Below, piece by piece: positions 49,237-57,123 of a stretch of 64,000 nt of DNA. The position numbers were made by a program, and so were the translations under genes. This DNA is from an uncultured Methanomicrobiales archaeon (GTDB lineage Archaea > Halobacteriota > Methanomicrobia > Methanomicrobiales > JACTUA01). Position 1 is the stretch's first letter. Every line of letters begins with the position of its first letter. The notes under the pieces are model-generated. The model worked only from the letters and a program-made list of their open reading frames with translations. It made no database searches and was not told where the DNA came from. The stretch spans positions 11,303 to 75,302 of the forward strand of contig CAZKEV010000001.1 in NCBI GenBank assembly GCA_964551875.1, read 5' to 3'.

Positions 49237-50457
49237 TTAGGTCATTTTCTTCTTCATGACCACTACTGCCACCATTACTCCACCCAATATTGCTATGGGG
49301 ACCGTAACTGTCGGAAATTCAGGGACAGACCCTCCACCATCCCACCCAAGAGGGATGATCTCTCCTGTATTTTTAACCTGGATTCGATATGGACTGGAAG
49401 GAATATCTTTTACCTTACCAGATGCAAGTGTCAAGATTTGAATGTAATCAGACCCCGGAGGATCGTATAACGATTCTGCAAAGAGTGTGAAATCTGCATT
49501 TGGGTCGGCACCAGGCCTTGGTGTCATTGTAATTAGATAATCACCGGTTTTTAAACCTTTGAATTTAATACCCGCTTTAAGAACTCCATTTGATTCATAT
49601 TCGCTATATTCTGTTCCAGGAATCTGGTTGGTGAACTTTGATCCGATCAGTCCCTCGGGGTCCTCCACCGTAAAGTATGCCGGGCCATACACAATGACTT
49701 TTCCTCCGGCCCATAAGAATTCAACTGTTACCCAATCGTTATTAGTCATTCCAAGATCAGAGAATGTGCCATCGGCTAAATCAATTCCTGCAGGATTAGA
49801 GGGACTTCTTTTTTGTGCAGACCATCCGGAAGAACCGCTATCCCATTGAATTTTCCACCACGAGTATGTTATTCCACTAACAATACCCGTCTCTGGGCCG
49901 GAAATCACCGTACCAATATCGCTCGTGGATACCGATCCACTTTCGCTCCCACCAGGTGTTGTTCTGACTTTTAATCCATCAATAGTTGGGCGAACGCGAT
50001 CGTTTGTTTTCAATATATCCGAACCAGCAGAGGTTATGAGAAGATTCGTCTCATCAAATCCGCCGTTATAATCATTTAGATAAGCGGCTTGCGCTTCAGG
50101 AGTTCCTTGAGGAAGATCCTGCCACATTTCTCGTTCTTCGGGGAGGTTCCAATAGTCATCCCTTGTATTCCATGGTCCTGTATCCCATACAGGCGCCACA
50201 ACAGATTTTCCTTTGTAGGTCAGTCGTACTTGGAATCCATTCCCTCCATTACGACTTAGCACCGTCCTTGAAGGTAAACCCACGAAATGATCATTTGATT
50301 GGATAAGATGCCCATTTGCAGTTGTTTTTCCGACAAGACCTTCTCTAGTAGCATATACGGTGTAACTAACACCAGCATTAACAGGGAGAATTACCAACCC
50401 ACTAACTCCCAAAATAACAATTAAAATAAAAATAATTATGATTTCTTTTTTCTTCAT
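49237..50457 (-). CDS. PEF-CTERM surface protein: RlpA-like double-psi beta-barrel with inserted SH3b-like domain
   Basis: Signal peptide; GKTTANG, GKSVVAPVWDTGP, GIDLADG..DLG, VTVEFL match the RlpA pattern; aa about 148-216 LKVRTTPG...WWKIQWDSGSSGWSA are SH3b-like; tail VPEFPT + TM + KKKMT. Confidence 0.8.
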   Translation of the reverse strand: MKKKEIIIIFILIVILGVSGLVILPVNAGVSYTVYATREGLVGKTTANGHLIQSNDHFVGLPSRTVLSRNGGNGFQVRLTYKGKSVVAPVWDTGPWNTRDDYWNLPEEREMWQDLPQGTPEAQAAYLNDYNGGFDETNLLITSAGSDILKTNDRVRPTIDGLKVRTTPGGSESGSVSTSDIGTVISGPETGIVSGITYSWWKIQWDSGSSGWSAQKRSPSNPAGIDLADGTFSDLGMTNNDWVTVEFLWAGGKVIVYGPAYFTVEDPEGLIGSKFTNQIPGTEYSEYESNGVLKAGIKFKGLKTGDYLITMTPRPGADPNADFTLFAESLYDPPGSDYIQILTLASGKVKDIPSSPYRIQVKNTGEIIPLGWDGGGSVPEFPTVTVPIAILGGVMVAVVVMKKKMT

Positions 50458-50783
50458 CCTTGCATTCCTCCATGTTTCATTCTACCATCGAGAATTTCCA
50501 TAACCATCAGCCATATCAGCTCTCGCAGGTCCAGAAAGAATAGAACTCTGAAGTGTTAGACTGAGCGCTGAACGGAGCGAGAACAACCCCGCGAGCAACA
50601 GAGCAGTATCCCTCATGCTATATAAAACATGTTATATTTTCCACGGTTGAATACTTCATAAAAATGCAAAGATTTGGAATTCGATGCAGCTATCATAGTT
50701 TTTATATTACCTCTGGATAATAAAAAATTTTAACGGACTCCCTCCTAACACCACTGGTCCGATGTCTTCGGGCCATCAATACT

Positions 50784-50835
50784 GGCATTCCCATATCTCC
50801 GGATCCTTCGGGGCGAGGTGAGGACCAACCTGCAC
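50784..50835 (+). repeat. Direct repeat, right copy, flanking the RlpA-SH3 gene
   Basis: GGCATTCCCATATCTCCGGATCCTTCGGGGCGAGGTGAGGACCAACCTGCAC; only one mismatch to the left copy in the first 37 nt. Confidence 0.85.
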
Positions 50836-50980
50836 CAAGGACAAGGGAGCAGGTGCGGTCCATGAGGAGAGGGAGTATCATCCAAGGTTGCGTGGCCTGC
50901 TATGGCCATATACTGTTCGAATTAATGGATATTCTTGCATTACCATTAGGATGAGGATAACTAATTGGAATTTTTTTATG

Positions 50981-51088
50981 AGTGTGTGCGCACACTTTCT
51001 CTCATCCAATTCTTCTTACAAATAAACACGCATGAGAGAAATCACACAACAATTGCTCCGCCCCGTGCTTTGTTTCGTTGTGTGATTT
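50981..51088. other. Three interlocking inverted repeats upstream of GNAT gene 3
   Basis: AGTGTG/CACACT (50981-50996), TTTCTCTCAT/ATGAGAGAAA (50996-51041), AAATCACACAAC/GTTGTGTGATTT (51039-51088). Confidence 0.6.
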
Positions 51089-51133
51089 GCGCGTCTTCTT
51101 ATTTCAAAACATTAATATAAAGTTTTCTCGAAT

Positions 51134-52156
51134 ATGACACCAATGGAAGTTCGCCTCGCAACCGATCCGGATAGCCGGTTATGGGATGAGATTATTTCTT
51201 ATTCCCCCGATGCAGCAATCTTCCATACATGGAAATGGCTCAAAATAATGGAGAAACATTCGAGGAAAAGAGTTCTTGCAGGCCCTATAAAACCAGTTCT
51301 CTATCCCTTAATGATTTCCACCGAGGATGAAATTTTCAGTGTCATCCCGATATATCTCTTTGATGGGTTTTTCGGGAAGATGGCATATTCGCCTCCTCCG
51401 GCGGTCGAATGTGCATATTTGGGTCCGGTATTCAATAATTGCCAATCCCTCATACCTAGGGAACGATACCACCGTTTTTTTGAATTCCAGGCTGCACTCC
51501 ATGAATTTTTGGTGAAAGATCTCCATGCAAAAAAGATCTTCATCCGCACTCCCACGGGATTTGAAGATCCCCGCAGCTTCTCCTGGGGTTCCTATACAGT
51601 TGCCCCGAAATTCACTTATCTTTTGGATCTTGGGGGTGGAGAAGAGTTCCTCTGGAAGAACCTCCGGAATACCGTAAAGAAATCCATCAGGAGGAGTGAA
51701 AAAGTTGGCATCGAATTTCTCGAGGGAACAAAAGAGGATCTCGAACCGCTCTTTCGCTTAATGAAGGAGAGGAAGAGAACAAGGGCATTGATGAAGTATT
51801 TCCAGGAGATCTATGATGCGTACAACCCCCAGAATGTGCGGATCTTCACAGCCAGCCACCAAGGGGAAATCCTGAGCGCCCTCGTTATTACAGTCTTTAA
51901 AAATAGGGTATCCTCTTGGTTTGGAACACCACGGATGTCGTACAAAGGGGTGTCGCCAAACGAATTCCTCCACTGGCATCTCATCCAGTGGGCCATCGAA
52001 CAGGGCATGGAGTGCTTTGAACTTGTAGGGGCCGATGATTATCCCTTATTTGCCTTTAAAAACAAGTTTAATGCCACGCTGGCACTCAATTACCGGCTGG
52101 AATGGAATTCTCCGGGATTCCGGGTCATCGGCATGTTATATAATATGCTAAAATAG
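51134..52156 (+). CDS. FemAB-like double-GNAT protein 3
   Basis: FHTWKWLKI, YLGPV, KKSIRRSEK, PNEFLHWHLI, FKNKFN. Confidence 0.82.
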   Translation: MTPMEVRLATDPDSRLWDEIISYSPDAAIFHTWKWLKIMEKHSRKRVLAGPIKPVLYPLMISTEDEIFSVIPIYLFDGFFGKMAYSPPPAVECAYLGPVFNNCQSLIPRERYHRFFEFQAALHEFLVKDLHAKKIFIRTPTGFEDPRSFSWGSYTVAPKFTYLLDLGGGEEFLWKNLRNTVKKSIRRSEKVGIEFLEGTKEDLEPLFRLMKERKRTRALMKYFQEIYDAYNPQNVRIFTASHQGEILSALVITVFKNRVSSWFGTPRMSYKGVSPNEFLHWHLIQWAIEQGMECFELVGADDYPLFAFKNKFNATLALNYRLEWNSPGFRVIGMLYNMLK

Positions 52157-52231
52157 ATATCCATCCTCTCAAAGATCAGGAATAGTTACAAATACAATGA
52201 GCAGGGTACTGATAATACTCTAGTTGATCCT

Positions 52232-55200
52232 ATGCCCAGATACTCCCGCTGGGTCAGCAGGTCCCTGATCCTCTTGTCCCTTGTGATCACGGTCCTGCTC
52301 ATCTTTCCAGTCGATGCCCAGACCCATCCATCGTTGCTCTTCAATGATATCAGGGATACGCCGGGCTACCAGCACCGGACCACGGCTCCGTGGAGTGATT
52401 ATGAATCCTCGATCATCAGCTATGCCGATGATTATCTGTCCGTGGACTTCTCCAGCAGTAGCCTGAGTCAAAGCACCCGGGCTGATGACGCCCAGGATCT
52501 CGGTCTCGCCTACCAGATCACCAAACAGCAGAAGTATGCCGATGCGGCCCGGTGGGCTCTCCTTAACATCACGCCTCCGCAAGCCGGCCGTGATAACCAG
52601 GAGATGAACTCCCTGCGGGGCTACGCCCTTGCTTATGACTGGATACAGACCACCCTCAGCGCGGCGGATAATGCTACCATAAGGGACAAGATGGCAATAG
52701 TTACCGATCAGGTGTACAAAGATCTCAATAAAAACGGTGCCTATCGGGGGGTCATCCAGTTTGCCGACTACGATGGACAGGCCTACCCGGCAGTCGGGAT
52801 CATGGGGTGCGCCCTCTCCGACTACACCAACCCCCTCTCCCTCTCCTCCACGCCAGCCGACTGGCAGAAGGTGGGGACCGACTACCTCTTTGTTGACGAT
52901 AGCGTGCTCCATGACACCGGTGGCCGGTCCATGTTCAGCTTCGGGTTTGACGAGGCATCCGGAAAACACCTGAACGGCGCCTACAAGTTCTATGTGAGCG
53001 ACTCGTTCCTCTGGTGGTTCCAGGTCTACAGCCACTTCAAAGGGACGAACATCCTCGGGGTCTACCCCGCCGCCAGGCGGGCCTTCACCTCTGAGCTCTG
53101 GGAGTCAATGCCCAACTATTACAGCAATAACTATGTTACCCTGGGTAACACCCTCTGGGATTACCCGCTGGGGCTCCTCAACCTCTATGATCCCGATACA
53201 AGAGCCCAGGTTCTCAACTACCTTGACCATGTCCAGAGCACCTCCTTGCTCCCCTACTCACGTACTTTCAGTTCACCCTCCAGCCGGCTCCTCTACCTCG
53301 TCTACCCGGACACCAGTGCCATGCCCCGCACGACTCCCTCCTCTACGAGCCACCTGGATCCGAACGCCATCTACCAGGTATTCCGGGGGAGCTGGGCCGA
53401 GGACTCCGATTGGCTCTCCCTGGTCACCTTCAATGTCAATACCTGGAGCAACCGGGACAGAATGCATCACGACCAGCTGGGTATTGAGTATTATAGCAGG
53501 GGCGACCTGCTCCTCGCCGATGCAGGAGAGGATAAGCATGTACAGGATGCGTACTATGGCGACTTTGAGATCCATCACAATACCATCGCCCTTGAAAATC
53601 CCAGATCCCCCTTTTCTCTTGCGGCCTGGTCGAATAGCCCGGCGCGCGGTATTTTTAAAGGGGATACGAGCGGTATCACGACACCGGTCACCATAGATAC
53701 CCTCGTTCAGACTTCATGGGTGGAGATGCTTGCAGGGCGGGCTACCATTACTGAAGTCATCGGGAATGGTTGGTCGGATTATTATACCCTCTCACCCTCC
53801 GTTCAGTTTTCCCGATCCATACTCTATCCCAGCAGGGATTACTTTATCCTCATCGACCGGCTGCAGGGAAGCGAGACCTGGACGTATCGGAATATCTTCC
53901 GTCCCACCAGCCTCTCTATTACCCCCACATCAGGCTCAACGGTCGGGAATGTCCAGGGAAGCCTTACCTTGGGAGGAACTCTCTTCAACTGGCTGGGCCT
54001 TGACTACAAGAGAGAGACCTCCACTGGCATCACTACGAACTCCCTGAAATGGACGACCCGGAACCCCTATGGGGACAATGTCAACCTGGAAGTCTTCACC
54101 AGCCCGGCCTCCGAGGTTTTGGTCACCAAGCACGTGGGGAGAATTGCGGGATACGACGAGAAGAATGAGGTGTACTCACCGATTATCTCCTTCCGGACCC
54201 CTTCGGTAAATAACCTCTACCGGGTCACTGTACTCCTTTCCCGCTATGACTCTGAAACTGCGAAGGAGCCATCGGAGCTTGTGGTGACCGGGCTGGGTTC
54301 CGCCGTAAAGGTGCATAATACAACATTTGACGACTATATCTATGCTGGCAGCGGTTCATCATCATTCGGACCATTCTCTACCGATGCGGAAACGGTCTAT
54401 ACACGCGTAACCACTCGACCTGTCAACTACACCATGGCTGGCGGGAGTTATCTGAACTTTTCAGAGAGATCATTCCTGCGAGTTTCCGAGAATATCGACT
54501 GCCTCGCGGCAACAGAAAAGGCCGACCGGATATCGTTGTACATAAAGAGCGGATCGCCAGGTTATACCATATCCCTCTTCCAGCTTCAGCAAAGTGTAAC
54601 CGGGGTCACGATAGATGGTATTCCCTCTGCATCTTGGACAAATACTGGTGATACCATGACATTTACCGCTACCCAGGGCGCACATCTTGTGGATATCCTC
54701 ACTGCCCCGTTCCCGAACCGGCCCCCGAGCCTCGATCCCATCGGGAACAAGACCGTGACTGCTGGATCCCCGCTCGCCTTTACCATCAGTGCGACGGATC
54801 CCGATGGGAATGCTCTCACGTATTCAGCAGCCGGGCTCCCCTCAGGGGCAATATTCGATGCTTCTTCGAGAACCTTCACCTGGACCCCTGCAACCTCCCA
54901 GAATGGGTCCTACCAGATGAAATTCACAGTATCAGATGGATCACTCACCGATGACGAGACCATCTTCATTACGGTTCTTCGGGTTGGTGCCCCCCCGAAC
55001 CAGCCCCCGAGCCTCGATCCCATCGGGAACAAGACCGTGACTGCTGGATCCCTGCTCACCTTTACCATCAGTGCGACAGATCCCGACGGGAATGCTCTCA
55101 CGTATTCAGCAGCCGGGCTCCCCTCAGGAGCAATATTCGATGCTTTTTCGAGGACCTTTACCTGGACCCCTGCAATCTCCCTGAATGGGTCCTATCAGAT

Positions 55201-55600
55201 GACATTCACAGTATCAGATGGATCACTCACTGATGACGAGACCATCTTCATCACGGTTCTTCGGATGGATGTCCCTACTTCTCCGCCGATCCCCCCCGAC
55301 TCCGGCTCGGATTCCATGGTTTTTAGCGTGGAAATAGTTACACCTCCCCCTGCAGAACAAACCGTTGTGAATAAAATTTCTGGAGAAAAAGCAGTAATCG
55401 AGACCGAAACACCTCCGGAAAAACAATTATCTACCACTACGCCCCGTTCAACCGTAACGGTTTCAGAATCACCAGGAGAACCTGCAATTGCACAAAAAAA
55501 TAATATTTTAACTGATTTTATAAGTAATTCGGGCATTTTGCCATCTCTCCAATATTTCGTGAATATTATACAGAAAATATTTTCTTTTTTTAAATTTTAA
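52232..55600 (+). CDS. Secreted heparinase II/III-like polysaccharide lyase-fold protein with two putative Ig domains
   Basis: Signal peptide; HPSLLF start of a helical toroid; AIYQVFRGSW...HHDQLGIEYYSRGDLLLADAG...HNTI; two NxPPSLDPIGNKTV...FTVSDG repeats; Ser/Thr/Pro-rich tail. Confidence 0.78.
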   Translation: MPRYSRWVSRSLILLSLVITVLLIFPVDAQTHPSLLFNDIRDTPGYQHRTTAPWSDYESSIISYADDYLSVDFSSSSLSQSTRADDAQDLGLAYQITKQQKYADAARWALLNITPPQAGRDNQEMNSLRGYALAYDWIQTTLSAADNATIRDKMAIVTDQVYKDLNKNGAYRGVIQFADYDGQAYPAVGIMGCALSDYTNPLSLSSTPADWQKVGTDYLFVDDSVLHDTGGRSMFSFGFDEASGKHLNGAYKFYVSDSFLWWFQVYSHFKGTNILGVYPAARRAFTSELWESMPNYYSNNYVTLGNTLWDYPLGLLNLYDPDTRAQVLNYLDHVQSTSLLPYSRTFSSPSSRLLYLVYPDTSAMPRTTPSSTSHLDPNAIYQVFRGSWAEDSDWLSLVTFNVNTWSNRDRMHHDQLGIEYYSRGDLLLADAGEDKHVQDAYYGDFEIHHNTIALENPRSPFSLAAWSNSPARGIFKGDTSGITTPVTIDTLVQTSWVEMLAGRATITEVIGNGWSDYYTLSPSVQFSRSILYPSRDYFILIDRLQGSETWTYRNIFRPTSLSITPTSGSTVGNVQGSLTLGGTLFNWLGLDYKRETSTGITTNSLKWTTRNPYGDNVNLEVFTSPASEVLVTKHVGRIAGYDEKNEVYSPIISFRTPSVNNLYRVTVLLSRYDSETAKEPSELVVTGLGSAVKVHNTTFDDYIYAGSGSSSFGPFSTDAETVYTRVTTRPVNYTMAGGSYLNFSERSFLRVSENIDCLAATEKADRISLYIKSGSPGYTISLFQLQQSVTGVTIDGIPSASWTNTGDTMTFTATQGAHLVDILTAPFPNRPPSLDPIGNKTVTAGSPLAFTISATDPDGNALTYSAAGLPSGAIFDASSRTFTWTPATSQNGSYQMKFTVSDGSLTDDETIFITVLRVGAPPNQPPSLDPIGNKTVTAGSLLTFTISATDPDGNALTYSAAGLPSGAIFDAFSRTFTWTPAISLNGSYQMTFTVSDGSLTDDETIFITVLRMDVPTSPPIPPDSGSDSMVFSVEIVTPPPAEQTVVNKISGEKAVIETETPPEKQLSTTTPRSTVTVSESPGEPAIAQKNNILTDFISNSGILPSLQYFVNIIQKIFSFFKF
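54713..55264 (+). repeat. Intragenic tandem duplication encoding two He_PIG-type Ig domains
   Basis: 54713-54982 and 54995-55264 are highly similar DNA copies with a 282-nt period. Confidence 0.9.
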
Positions 55601-55675
55601 TGCTTCACCCTCACGACGATACTCCTTCGATTCGGGCGCCGCCGGATCCGGCCTCTCTTCACCGGAGGAACGAGA

Positions 55676-56161
55676 GATAGCGTACCTTATGCATCATGGA
55701 CTATGGATAATAGCACCATGACCTTAACTCTTGGTCAGGGTGAAAACCAGTTTGATATTTCTACGATACCAGCACCCACCCTTACACCCACACCAACAGT
55801 TACCATAGCAACCACAACACCAACCTCTACCCCAACATCAGTCCCTCCAACCCAGAAGGAAGCCTCTAATGGAATGAGTTCCTCACCTGGACCCGAAGGG
55901 GGCGTGTCAATCTCTTCAGGGGAGATATCACCACAGAATGACAAACCTCATGAAATTGAAGCTGCCCAAACCCCGACGATAGAGATGGAATCCATCACGG
56001 GGACACCTGTCTCAATCCCACTCACGATCCCACCAACGACTCCCCCTCAGCGAGTGATACCAACAACTAGTGCTCAGGAACCTATTCCATCCGGTAATGA
56101 TGTTATTGTGGCCATCGAAATACTCAAATCCGGCTTTATATCCGGAATAGGACAAATATAG
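55676..56161 (+). pseudogene. Orphan C-terminal fragment of a further heparinase-like paralog
   Basis: In-frame DSVPYASWTMDNSTMTLTLGQGENQFDIS resembles DGIPSASWTNTGDTMTFTATQGAHLVDIL of the upstream protein; followed by a Thr/Pro-rich linker; no signal peptide. Confidence 0.6.
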
Positions 56162-56283
56162 AATTCTCTAAAAAATCTATGGCATTTTTAGATGCTTACT
56201 GACTTGAAGAGTTTTTCGTATCTTGTAATCAACTCAGAATACGAGAAATTATTTTATAAGGGAATATCTAAATAAAACATATT

Positions 56284-57060
56284 TTGATGGATGATAAAAA
56301 TCGAACAGCTTACTTGAGCGAGGAAATTGTTGATTATTACTCTTCCATGAATCACCTATATCCGCCAGAATTGAGGATATTAGGTAAATTCGAAGAGAAA
56401 TTACCATCGATGAAAATGCTTGATATTGGCGTCGGTGGTGGAAGAACAACACAATTTTTTGGCCAATTGGCATCGGCGTATATTGGAATAGATTATTCTC
56501 AAAAAATGATCGATGAATGCAGAAAAAAATTTGGGAACTCGTTAAAAATGAAATTTCAACAATGTGATGCAAGAAATATGGGAGTTTTTCCCGAAAATTT
56601 TTTTGATTTCATTTTCTTCAGTTTCAATGGTATTGACTATATGTCACATGAGGACCGGATCCAAACTCTAAAGGAAATCATAAGAGTGTGTAAAAGGGGA
56701 GGATATTTTTGTTTCTCTACTCACAATTTAGGTTTTATTGAAGAATTATTCAAATTTAAGGTAACCCTTAATCCAAAGACTTTTCTGAGTCGTATCTATG
56801 ATTTTATTCGCATACGGCTCGAGAATGAAGATCTTGAGGTTTTAAAAAGGAAAAATTATGCAATTATTTGTGATCAATCTCATAATTTCAAAATGACAAC
56901 GCATTACATCAGACCCATAGACCAGATAATGCAGTTGGAATTCATCGGGTTCAAGAAAATACAAGTTTATTCCTCAAATAATGGGGCTGATGTTACAAAT
57001 TACGAGGGTATCAATAATAATTCCTATGATCAATGGTTATATTTTCTTTGCGAAGCATGA
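56284..57060 (+). CDS. Class I SAM-dependent methyltransferase
   Basis: LDIGVGGGRT, IGIDYS, CDARNM, FSFNGIDY, GGYFCFSTHN; AT-rich. Confidence 0.88.
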   Translation: MMDDKNRTAYLSEEIVDYYSSMNHLYPPELRILGKFEEKLPSMKMLDIGVGGGRTTQFFGQLASAYIGIDYSQKMIDECRKKFGNSLKMKFQQCDARNMGVFPENFFDFIFFSFNGIDYMSHEDRIQTLKEIIRVCKRGGYFCFSTHNLGFIEELFKFKVTLNPKTFLSRIYDFIRIRLENEDLEVLKRKNYAIICDQSHNFKMTTHYIRPIDQIMQLEFIGFKKIQVYSSNNGADVTNYEGINNNSYDQWLYFLCEA

Positions 57061-57123
57061 TACTCAGCCAGTTCGATGAAAATTCAATGATTAACAATTC
57101 TCGAAATATTTCCTCTGAGATAA

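Noticed and set aside
48901-49240. Small ORFs 48901-49206 (-) and 48950-49240 (+) over the left direct repeat
   Set aside because: No family signal, and the reading frame is not evidently preserved in the second repeat copy.
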